NCBI RefSeq assembly: GCF_000315625.1 | Contig: NW_005434564.1 | Span: 163,823 to 227,822 of the forward strand | DNA from: Guillardia theta CCMP2712 | Lineage: Eukaryota > Protista > Cryptophyta | DNA length: 64,000 nucleotides | Direction: 5' to 3' | Shown here: in pieces, positions 11,699 to 23,300 of the stretch | Numbering within the stretch: position 1 is the stretch's first letter | Layout of the letters: each line of letters starts with the position of its first letter | Position numbers and translations under genes: made by a program | Notes under the pieces: model-generated | Told to the model about the DNA's origin: nothing | The model's input: only the letters and a program-made list of their open reading frames with translations | Databases searched by the model: none

Positions 11699-12924
11699 GG
11701 CAGAGTGGGAGGCGGGAGGGAGGAGTGGAGTGAAGTGTTTTTTTCAGTCGAGTGACGAGGGAAGGGGAGGAGAGGCAAGAGGAAGCAAACAAGAGTGATG
11801 AAGCAGAGAGGATATTGGGAGGGAGGTGTTAGGGTTGAGAGAGGATGGAGGGCGGAGAAGCAGGCGCACAATGAGCAGGGATAGAGAAAGTGAGCGCAGG
11901 AGGGAGGACCGGTCCTTTCCTCCGCACAAGGGGAAGGTCCCTGGGCCTGGTGGGTAGGGTAGTTTATTTCCAAATAATTTTATAGATTACTTATTTTCCA
12001 AATTATAACGGTACAAGTATATGACTGAAATATTTTATATCAGCATTCGGGGGATGGAAATTGTTCACCTATAAGAGGGGGTGGGTGTGGGTGGGAGAAC
12101 CGAAAATACTAATACGGTGGGGTACATTGATTGGTTTCTGGGTGGGTGGGGTAGGGGACGACGAGATAATCTGAAAGGGGTGGGGTGAAATCTAGGGGTT
12201 CATTGCTGACGTCTGAGCGGATCCACGTCGATATGTCTAGATCGAGGGGGTGGGGGTAGTAAAAATAGGGGTTCTTGACATAGCAACCAAGGGGTAGTAG
12301 TGGAACGATGGCTGTCGGGTAGGGGGTTGTTGAAAAAAGGCTACACTAGTCTGTTCCTGGGGTAGGGTACCAAGTCTCAATTTTTTTTTGATCTCTTGAG
12401 AACGAAAAGCATACTTTTCGAGACACTCGGGACAGTTCCCGACAGACATATTATCAAGTACCCCTGCCAAGTACTCTTTGTTTAGCCCACCGGTACTGGA
12501 CTACAACTTCACCGCGAGTTTACTGCTGAGTGAGTAAAAAAGTAAAGATTTAAATAATAATACTAATAATATCGCCTGCCGTGACTGCCAGACTCTCGTC
12601 CCAGCTGGCCTCCGAGTCAGCAGGTGCCCCCACGCCCGGCCCGGGTAAGCCGGGCCGGGCCGGGCCCCGGCGATTCCGAGTCGAGTCCCAGCGTCACACA
12701 CCGTCTGGCACTGTGACCAGCCTGAGAGGCCGGGCTCCGACCGTCGGACTTTGTCGGAACCCGCCCGGCCGGCGCATCCGCCCGGCCGGCGGCGGCTGCA
12801 GATCGGACGGAACGTTCCGACGGTCGGCTGGCCTGAGTGCCCACCGGGCCCGGCCCCTGTACATTGCCACGGCCGGGCGCCGCGGCCCGGTACATTGCCA
12901 CGGCCGGGCGGCTACCGGGCTCGG

Positions 12925-12967
12925 ACTCCTGCCATGATTACTGATTTTTCACTTAACTTTGAGTAAA
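12925..12967 (+). repeat. 3' end fragment of repeat family A
   Basis: tactgatttttcacttaactttgagtaaa matches the family A terminus. Confidence 0.75.
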
Positions 12968-13204
12968 TTTAAAGTTCAGATTACGTAATGTTGTTGGCAC
13001 TAGGCTGAGTTATTGTACATTGCCAGTTGACCGCAAGACGTGACAAACTGAACTTCGGAACGTCCGATCTGGCAGGCCCCCGGCGGCAGCGGGCGGCCCG
13101 GGAGGCCCTCAAGTCACTGTGATAATCGATGCAGTGCCATAGCGTTGCCAGTACGGTCGGACTCCTCACTTCCGAGTTAAGACTCCGACAGTCTTGACCG
13201 GGTT

Positions 13205-15326
13205 TCAGCTCGCGGAAGGAGCAACCTGGGCAGTGAAGGCCGCTACAGACTTTTGACGGGTTGCAAGCTGGTCCTTCGTGCACGATGTCAGGAGAGGAGG
13301 AGGCGGGGAAAGAGCGGAGCTCAATTCGTTGCCTTCCGAAGTTCCTCACCTTGAGCCAATCCTCGTACTTGACCTGGAAGCTTCCGGCAAGCACTTGGGG
13401 GATGTTCTGCTGTTCGAAGAAGTCGCTTGCTCGATCCTGGCGGATCTGAGTAGAGGATCGTGAGTAGGAAGGAGAGGGGTTGAGGGAGGGAGAGGGTGAG
13501 GGAGAGGGTGAGACGGAGACGGAGACGGAGAGGTAGAGGTAGAGGTAGAGGAAGAGGGAGGGGGAGGGGTTGAGGGAGAGGAAGAGGGAGAGGGAGAGGA
13601 AAAAGAGGTAGAGGAAGAGGAAGAGGAGGGAAGAGGAAGAGGAAGAGGAAGGGGAGAGGGAGGGAGAGGAGAGGGAGAGGGAGGAGGGGGAGGAGAGGGT
13701 GACAGGGAAGGGGGAAGAGGGGACGGTAGAGCGAGGATGCAGGGGGAGGAGACGATATAGGGGTCGGAGGGGAAGAGGAAGAGGGAAAGGTACACAAAGG
13801 GAGATCAGTATGAGGATGAAGCAGCAGCTCACAGTCTTGATACGTTCTTGCAGCTTCTTTTTGAGGAAAACCTTGAGCCAGGGGAAAACATCTGGTGTGA
13901 GGACTGGGACTATTGAGGGTTCGGATGGACCTTGCATATGCTGATCATGGCGTTGAGAATGAAAGGCGGGTTTGACAGATACCTGCGAGCAGCTAAACCT
14001 TGAGGAGGACGAAGTTGGGTTCAGAGGGGCAAAGTGATAGACACGGACAGGGATCGAAGCATGAAGGGATGGGATGAGAGGAGATAGGAAGGGAAGCGAG
14101 GCAAAGAGATGAGGAGAGAACATAGGAGGAGAAGAGAGGTGAGGTGAGAGGATATGAGAGGAAAGGAAAGGAAATGAGATGAGAGAAGAGGGGAGAAGAG
14201 AGGAGAGGAGAGAAGAGGAGGTGAGGTGAGGTGAGGTGAGGTGAGGTGAGAGAAGAGGAGGGGAGAGGAGAGGAGAGAGGTCAAGAAGTGAGAACAGGAG
14301 GATCTGCTACATGGCCTTGATCTTGATCGGATAGCCGTCCTGATACAGCATACTGATTTTCTTCTCCATCTCAAAGCTGAAGGAGCAGGTGAGACGGGGG
14401 AGGTGAATGGAGGAGGTGGACGCAGTACACCAACCTGAAGTTGCTCCAACCCATCCCGTTGCAGTTGCACAACCATGAAGTCCCTTCCCGCACGTCATGA
14501 ATGCTGGCAGTGGAGGCGTCGAACGCATCGAGAAGAACTTTCAAGGTACACTGGCGGGAGGAGGGAGGGGAGTGAGTGAATGGAGGAAGCAGCGGCGGCA
14601 AATACCTTCCAGGCCTCTTCTCCGCCTCCTGAAATGGCCGATGGAAAGCATTTTGAGAAGTCGAAGAAAATTGCAGGTCGGCCTGAGATGCGTCAGCAGG
14701 CTATCCGTGGCAGCAGCGTTACATCAGCATTGCCTTGCTTGTCCCTTCCGCAGGCTGCAAACATCCCCGGACAAAGCTTGGCAAGTGTCTGGTACTGTGC
14801 AGTCGTGTGAGGATTGAGAGGCAGGGCAAGAAACTTACGGCCGTGACGGAGTCGATGGAGGAGAGGTTGTGCTCTCTCTGCCCTCCCGCTTCTCGTCAAG
14901 ACGTAGCAGAACGTGCGAGTACACTTGAACCTCCAGCTTCTTCATCTTCGCCATGCGGGACAACGCCTTCACTGTACTCCCCTTGCAGACGAGCGCATAA
15001 CATGCTATCTGCATGCAAAAGGAAAAATCACGATAGGCAAAAGAAGATCGGAGGTTGACCTCGTAGTCAGAGCTAACTTCCATATGATGAGTCTCGCAAA
15101 GGAGCTTGAGCTCGCGGAACCATGCGAGCTCTTGCGGCGTCAGTTCATTCTTGTCTGCTTGCATCCTGTCCAGGATCCCATCACATGACTCACCATCTTG
15201 AAGTGGTAAGATTTCGAATTCAGAGGAAGTGGAAGTTTTTTCTACGAGGCTATCCTCTCTCTCTCTGTGTAGGAGACTACCTACCCCTGTGCTGCTCCTG
15301 CTTCTCTTGCAGGTAGTGGTGATGCT

Positions 15327-15368
<42 letters not shown>

Positions 15369-15455
15369 CCTGATCCCCCTGCTCCTCCTGCTCCTCCTCC
15401 TGCTCCTGCTCCTCCTCCTGCTGCTCCTGCTCCTGAAACTCGGGATGGTCTGGCA
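13205..15455 (-). CDS. CRAL-TRIO (Sec14/alpha-TTP-like) lipid-binding protein, multi-exon
   Basis: Exon peptides CGRDKQG, DVREGTSWLCNCNGMGWSNF, KKISMLYQDGYPIKIKAM, WLKVFLKKKLQERIKT, QQNIPQVLAGSFQVKYEDWLK follow the CRAL-TRIO consensus order. Start codon uncertain. Confidence 0.75.
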
Positions 15456-15857
15456 TGGAGTCGCGCACTGGTCGCTACAGAGAAAGTCGTGTATGAGGAG
15501 ATGAGTAGAGGGTTGTGGCGGGGATGAGGACAAATTGGAACCCTACCCCTCACAAAAAGGACCCACCCCAATTTCCAATATCAGATTTTGAGAGCTAAGA
15601 GGGAAAGAAGGGGGTACCTCCTGCACGTGATTGTGGAGGACAGTGGGTAGGGTGGTGTCCAAAGGACATGGACCCTAGGTCGTAGGGGTATGTGAGTTTC
15701 ATGTCCATGGGGTGGGGTGAATGATGGAGTAAAAGATGGGTCCCATGTGGTATTGACTATGGTAGGGGTAGTCTCAAGGTACGGGTTCTTAGTGAGATGG
15801 GTGGTATTCTAGCGGGGGTGGGGTGGCATGAAGGTTGGGGTGAGTGAAGGCGAGGCC

Positions 15858-18800
15858 ATGGCGGCAGAAGAGCCTGAGGTGAGGAGGAGGAGGAGGAGGG
15901 AGGAGGAGGAGGAGGAGATGATGATGATGATGACGACGACGACGATGAGGATGAGGACGAGGATGAGGAGGACGAGGATGAGGATGAAGATTGTTGAGGA
16001 CGAGGTGGGGGGAGAAAGAGAAGGAGAATACATAGCTGGGTGAAAAGATTGTAGCAAGGAGGCGGAGGCATGATGATGTTGTGAAGATGATGATGACAAA
16101 CGATTGGACATCGTCAACATCATGTGTTAGGATGTCAGAACATCACCTGGAGAATAATTAAGATTTAGCTTCATGAGATTGCAGCATGACCGAGCTGTCT
16201 CCAAGACATTTGTCGAGTGTTGTGGACTGATTCCGTTCATGTTCGGCGACGGAGGGGGGTTGGGGGACGGAGGGAGTGAGGGAAGTTGTTGCACCGCCCT
16301 ATCACCTTGACTGCGTTGCTGGCTCAGGTCCAAGCCGAAACGGTTGAGCCGGTGCGGAAAGATCTGCCCAAGTTCAACATCCCTGTCCTCAAGGTTTGAT
16401 GCTGAATCACTTCGACCTGCCTTTACCTGACGGCTCCTCCTCCTCCTCCTCCTCCTCCTCCTCCTCCTCCTCCTCCTCCTCCTCCTCCTCCTCCTCCTCC
16501 TCCTCCTCCTCCTCCTCCTCCTCCTCCTCCTCCTCCTCCTCCTCCTCCTCCTCCAGATCATCATTGAAGCGCAAGGACTGCACGGGCTGCGATATGGAGA
16601 TTATCAACGATACAGGTGAATTGTGCTGTGAGGAAGAGGATGGAAAAGGATCGAATCACTTGAGATGTGTTTGTGCTGTACATGAACATTAACGTGGTCT
16701 TGTGTGGTATCTTGTGTCTGACGTGCAACGAGGAATGGAGAGAGCGTGATGGTGGTGTGGAAGAGGAGGAGCTGACGACTATCGTAGACAATACTGCACG
16801 CGAAAGATGCGCAGGCTGCGAAAAGCTCTCAACTTTCTGCATTGGGAGCAGGGGAAGGGGAAAAGCAAATTTATCCAGAAGAAGATCGATATAGATATGA
16901 TCAACGATGCCAGATATCTTTTCATTGTGCTCAACAAGGTGAGATGTGTCCTCCTCTTCCTGCCCTCCCTCCTCCTCCTCTGCCCTCTTGTCGCTTGCTT
17001 GACCCACATGTTCGACCTCTCCCTCCTCTGTTTGTGCTCCCGACGTTCCTCCTCTTCTCCTCGCTCATCGTCTCGCTCACTCCTCACCTCTCCCTCGCAG
17101 GCAGAGCGAGCATGGTCGTACGCGATGCAGCTGCGCGAGGCGCCGGGGGGGCCGGGACGGGAAGTTCATCACGTCAGCCGGTTGCTGGCCAAGGCAGTGA
17201 AGCACTCCGCCTACCTGGAGACTCTCTGCCGGGAGTTTGCGGACGATCGTTCGTGCCTGGAGGCAGAGGTGAGGGAGGAGGAGGACGGGAAGTGGGGATA
17301 GACGAGGGGAGGGGAGGAAGGGGGACAGGAAAGTAGGGGGCAAGGGAGAGGAAAAACGTGGAAAGAGAGGAGGGGAGGAGGGAAGAAGAGGAGAAGCATG
17401 TAGACACTTGAGTTCTCTCCTCAACTCTGTCGCAGGCGTACGCCGCATGGCTAGCAGGGAGCATGCTCCTGGAGAGGGAGGAGTGGGAGCAGGCGCTCGT
17501 GAAGCTGAACCGCTCCCGGACCGTCTACGACGAGCTGAGCCACTCAGCGGAGGGGGTCGAGCAAGCGATGTACAGGAAGAGGTGAGAGCAGCTGGAGTCG
17601 TGCTGGGGCCCTGCTGACTTCCTGCTGAGGGTGGAGGAGATCGAGCCTTCGGTCCGTTACTGTCGTTACAACGTGTCAAGAGAGGTAGGAGGCACATCGT
17701 TTCCTCCTCCTCCTTCTCTTCCTCCTCCTCCTCCTCCTCCTCCTCCTTCTCTTCCTCCTTCTCTTCCTCCTCCTCTTTCTCTCCTCTGTGGGGCTGCGAT
17801 TACACATAAGGAGACATGAAGACATCAAGTCTGTGCTGAGACTTTTCCTCGTTGAAGCATGAGCCTCTTTCTCTTCCTCCTCCCCGTCCCCTTCCCTCCT
17901 TCCTTGCTGCTCCTCACCGTCCCTGCAGGGGGGGTCGAGCAACCTGGAGGAGCAGAGTCAAGTGCTGATGGAGATCGGGAAGTCGGGAGGCGATATGCTC
18001 AAGGGTAAGCTGGAGAAGAGCCTGGCGGAGGCGAGGAAGAAGCAAGCGGCGGCAGCTCATATCCTGCACTGGATGGGGAAGGAGATTTCTGTGGACAACC
18101 CAGCTATCCACCAGCACATCCTCTCAGCAGAAGGGTCGCAGTTCGAGCTGGAGCAGGCGGAGAGTACAGAAGGAAAGCTGGCGATCTACGACAAGATCTT
18201 CATGGCTCTCGAGGACGCGAAGCAGCTCATCAGGGATGATATCTCCAACAACCTCAAGAGGGGGAAGGACTGCGACGACGCCCTCACCGCCTCCCTCCAG
18301 CAGGTCAGGAACATGGTCCAGAGCATCGTCCTCCTCCGGACGAGGGAGCGAGATCTCCTGCTGGTCTCCCAGCTGCAGGAGAAGCTCCAGACCGAGTTCT
18401 TCGCAAACATCGCCGGGGGGAAGGAGGTGCCCAAGAAAGCGACCCGCCCCGAGGACCTCGTGAAGCTCTTCGAAGTCTTGATGCAGGTGGGGAAAACCTT
18501 CCCTCTCTNNNNNNNNNNNNNNNNNNNNNNNNNNNNNNNNNNNNNNNNNNNNNNNNNNNNNNNNNNNNNNNNNNNNNNNNNNNNNNNNNNNNNNNNNNNN
18601 NNNNNNNNTTACCCTCTCCTCCCTCCCTCCCCTCCCTCCCTCCCTCCCTCCCTCCCTCCCTCCCTCCCTCCCTCCCCGAGGCTCTCCCTCCCTCTCTTCT
18701 CTCTCCTCTCCCTCCTCTCTCCTCTCCTCTCCTTCCCTGCCCCCAACTTGTTTCCTCCACCGCTTTGCTCTGTCTCCCCTTACATTCTTTCATTTTGCTC

Positions 18801-20234
18801 CATACACTCTTCGCCCTTCCCTCTTCCTCCTCCTTCTCCTCCTCCTCCTCCTCCTCCTCCTCCTCCTCCTTCGCTGCTCTCGTCTGTGGGCTGATTCATT
18901 TCCAGGGTACTAGCGAGTACGGCGCCATCCCTGGCATTGCTGAGGACGCGGGGCAGTCAAAGTGCGTTGCTGCCCGCACACTGCTCTACAAGGTTCAACT
19001 CCTGCTGCTGCAACCCTCTCCTCCGTTTTTCCTTTCCCCTCGTCCTCATCTTCCTCCCCTCGTCCTGCTGCTCGCTCGTCGCTCCCCTCTCCTCTCCCCT
19101 CTCCCTCCTCATTCCCTCTCCTCCACATCTTCCTCCTCATCCTCCTCCCTGGCCTGACCTGGAAGCAGGCGGGAAGGATCTTGTACCTGGGCTTGTCCTA
19201 CTCCTCGCAGAAGCAGTTTGTCGAGGCCTTCGCTCTCTTCGAGCGTGCGACGCAGCTTGTCAAGGTGGCGCGGACTCGCTTCGAGGAGAGCGGCTGCGCG
19301 GACCCGGTCGACAAGGACTGGCTGGACCGCGTGCAGCTGCTGGGGACTCAGCACAAGCTGGAGGCGCACGCGAGCTGGGTAGCGAGCAAGGGGAGTGTGA
19401 ACCCGACTAGGGAGATTTCAGGGGAGAACATGAAGAAGGTGAGGAGGAGGAGGAGGAGGAGGAGGGAAGGGAGGAGGACGAGGACGAGGACGAGGGAAGG
19501 GAGGAGGACGAGGACGAGGACGAGGGAAGGGAGGAGGACGAGGAGGAGGAGGTGGTGGTGGTGGTGGGAAGGGAGGAGTAAAGCCAGGAAAGGAGAAGAG
19601 GGAGGGCAAGAAGATTGTGGATGAGTGGGAGGAGAAGGAGGGAGAGGAGGAAGGATGAGAGTTTGCGCAGATTTCCGCCATGCCACTCACTGCTCGTCTC
19701 AACGACTACGAGGTTTCCTCTCCCTCTCTCCTCCTGCTCTCTCAGTGTTCGCGCAGGCTGCCGTGTATGGTGACAGCGGGAAAGCGCCCAAGATTGTAGA
19801 ATTTCCTCCTCCTATCGAGGCAGTTGCGTGCAAACCTGTGCTGTTTGACCTCGCGCTCAACAAGGTGAGGACTGGGCCAGGAGTCATGTAGAGGGGCAGG
19901 GGGAGGAAGGGGGAGGGGATGGGAGGAAGGGGGGGGGATGGGAGGAAGGGGGGAGAAGAGGGAAAGGAGAACACTGGGGGTTGACGGGGAGGAGGACGGG
20001 GGGGTTCGGTGTGGAAGAGGAGGGTGTGGAGGGCTCAATTGACATGGCTGGACAGATCGAGTTCCCGGATCTCACGGAGAGGTGCAAGAAGAAAGCAGGA
20101 GGTGAGGGAGTGGAGGATGGGAAGGAGGGGAGGGACGGGGGGAGGGATGGGATGGGAAGGAGGGGAGGGAGGGGGGGAGGGATGGAGGCTGACGATCACT
20201 TGTAGGCATCATGAGCTGGTTCAGTCGCAAGTGA
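15858..20234 (+). CDS. SRP68: Signal recognition particle subunit SRP68, multi-exon
   Basis: [91 protein letters not shown], C-terminal GIMSWFSRK*. Confidence 0.93.
16434..16554. repeat. (TCC)n perfect trinucleotide tract in an SRP68 intron
   Basis: Directly visible; lies between ctgac and the cag acceptor. Confidence 0.95.
18509..18608. other. Assembly gap (100 N) in an SRP68 intron
   Basis: N run. Confidence 0.95.
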
Positions 20235-20367
20235 GAGGTCGCTGGTTGTCTTGTAACTGTTGGTCTTGTATCTTCAATGAAACTTCAAACTTTGCTCTGT
20301 CAGCTGCCCCTCCTCTACTAGACGCTCCTTCCCTTATATTTACATCTTCCCTATCAATTCCTTCAGC

Positions 20368-23300
20368 TCAGCTGAAACCTGAAAACATCGTCAGTCTCTT
20401 CTCTACCTCTCCCCTCCCCTCCTGTCTCACCGAAGCCCTCGAAGCCCTCGCGCACGGCGCTCAGAAGATACTTGGACAGCTGCGGGTGCGAATCAGCATC
20501 AGATACAGGCCAGGCACTCCGGTTCTTCACCTCTTCCTCCGAGCTGTACTCCGGTAGGTCCAGCTGGTTGAAGCAAGTGTGGGATGACGGCAGTCGCTTC
20601 TTGTCACCGCAGCTGCCACCATCGTCAACGCACGTCAGGTGAGGTTGTTCCCTACCGGTGAATGTTGAACTTCTGCGGTCCATTCATCCCTCTCAAGGCC
20701 TTGAAACCGTCCATGGGGACCTGGAGCAACTTCAACCTTCCTCCCCATCTCAACTTGTTCACGGCTCCTTCCTTTCTTCACTGCCCCTCTCCCCTCCATC
20801 GCCTCCTCTCCCCCTCCCTCCCACAAGCTCAGACCTGCGATGTTCCCGTGACGAACTGAAGGAGGCGAGCCAAGTCCTCCTGGCTGAGCGTCTGTACGAT
20901 ATTCCAGAACCACTGGATCTGAGGAGACTCTCTGGTGTAGCTGCCGGACTTCAGTGTCAGAAGGTAGACAGACATCTCAGTCAGCAACATACCCGGTGTA
21001 CTCGGTGTTGAGCCGGAGGTCTTGAACTGCAGGCGCATGGTCACGACCTAGTCTACAGCAGCCGCGCATGCGCTCACCATCGATGGTCGGAAGGCCGCAC
21101 ATGAGGAGCTCGAGCTCCGCGCACGTGAAGATGGAGATGAGGTCAGGGGCATGAGCTGGTGGAAGCCCTCCTTGAACGCATCGATCTGCTCCTTGATGCC
21201 CTTGGTCATCTGCTGCTCCGCCACCAGCTGTACATACCTAAGGAGAAGGGGCGTGAGGGTTCACTAAGAGGATGCTACAGACACTGCTTACTCGTGCTTG
21301 TTCTCCTCTGTTACAGGGACGTTCCTTCCGTTGGGCTTCAAGTCGATGGTCAGCATCTCCCCGAACTGCTCTCGCACGATGCTGAAAGTTTCCTCGAGGA
21401 TGTCGGTGATATCGTTGTTGAGCATCCATCCCAGGTTCCTAAAATACTCCGGATCGATCGACTCCACGTCGGTGTACTCGATCGGCTGATTTAACATATG
21501 TTTGTACATGGACAGCGTGAAGTGGCTGTCAAGAAGCTGCTCATCCCAGATCGCCTTGCCGACTATTTGACCAGCGAACTTAAAGTACTTAAGATGATCG
21601 GGCTGGATCGTGGAGGCAGGATTCGGTTGATACGTCAGACCGTTGGCCGAATGAATGAACAGAGCCTTGTCTGGGTTCAGCATCTGTTTCGAGAGGATGA
21701 GATACCACTCCCTTGTCAGCCCTCCCGCGTCTACTCCCTCCTCCCCGTTGAAGGTGACCGTCAGCCTGCCCTTGAGCTCGTCCGGTTTCCTCAGGACTAT
21801 CTGGTGGAACGAGTCTTCAAACACGTAGTCCCTCCTGACGTTGATCCTGATGGAGTTGTATCGCTGGCTGACGTTGCGCTTCTTCAGCTCAGACCTGAAG
21901 AAGTGCTTCTTGTTGTCGAAGTCCAACAACTTGGGGTATCGGACAAGAGGCGCAAAAGCAATGGAGTGTAACAACGACTTGTCCTGGCGGATATACATGT
22001 TTAGAGTATGCCTGTGTTGTTCGGCGAATGACACGAACTCCTTCACGTTGAGTGCGCTGGGATTTCTGCCAGGCGAGCACTCACCCTCTGCAGCCTTGTC
22101 CACGTCCATTGAGCTCGAAGACTTGCCAGCATTCTTGGATGAGGAAGCGTTCTTCACAGAGTCAGGTGCCTTCACGACCAGGAAGGCCTCGAAGAGAGGT
22201 TGCATGCGACAAAGTGCCGGGGACAACGAGCCATGGCCCGTTGACTTGGTGTTTGACTCCGTCCTCTCCAGCATGGACAGACACTCTCCAAGCAGGTGCC
22301 ACAGGTCTTGGAGCTCGACAGCCTCTCCCAAGGATCTTCTTGAGACTGTGTCGATGAGCATCTCCTGGGTGTTGGGATCTTCAGCGCTCGTATCGCTGGA
22401 CTTTGTCGGCCAAAGGGACCTCAGCATCTTCACCAGCCTGAGCAATTTATAATCTTGCTCCCCGATGAATGTTTCAAGGGACATGTTCTTCGATTCCTTG
22501 CAGTCCCTCAAAAACAGTTCCAGAGCCACCTTCGACTTCTCTCCTTCACCTTTAACTTCTGCAATCAGATGAGAAATGCATGCCACCAGGTTGATAGGGT
22601 TGCACGACAAGCTCTTGAACAGTGAAGTCAACCTTTCCATGCACTTCGACGAGTTCCCTGATGCAGTTAAAGTCTGGGTGAGACAATGCAATTCAAGGAC
22701 ATTGACTTTGGGCATTGAAAACTTTGTTCCTTCAGCCGTGGGCTTGGTCTCTGCCGTTTCTTCCTCCAAGGTCTTTTCTACAAATTGAACAGCTGTGTTG
22801 AGTAGCTGCAAAACCTGCTCCTGCAGTGCAATGCTTTTGGTGGCCGTCTCCGTCGCTAAGAAAGAAATCAGGGATGAAATGGCTTTTTTGTCTGGAGTCA
22901 GGTCTGTCTTGTCTAGGAATTGAAGCTTAGGCATCAAGTGTTTCTGGAAATCCTTGACTACACGATCTTCCAAGAAATCGTCCTTGAGCATTGTTTTGCA
23001 CACTTCATTCTGATACATAGCCAGATGACAAAGGGCTTCAACGGCTCTTCTGCAGATGGTGATTGGAACAAAAGCATCGCTGACGGCATTGTTCGCGCTG
23101 TATCCGTACATCTCATGATGCTTTGAGTTTTGATCGCACGATTGCAGAATCACACTGAGCAAGAACCGAACGGCAACGTCGCGAGTGCCCTCGTGTGCCG
23201 CAATGTGCAACAAAATCTTGTTCATGAGCGCTTTGGTCACGGGTTGAACCAGGAACAGGAGCTTCAAGATGTAAGTGACACTGCCTTCGTCGATAACTTG

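Noticed and set aside
12501-12966. Arg/Gly/Pro-rich ORFs in GC islands (also 5141-5494, 43208-43516, 51208-51668)
   Set aside because: Expected by chance in stop-poor GC-rich palindromic DNA; no codon or domain signal.
14693-14745. GC-AG intron in the CRAL-TRIO gene giving RDKQGRPAIFLR
   Set aside because: That frame is incompatible with the phase-0 junction of the next exon; a 40-nt GT-AG intron keeps the frame.
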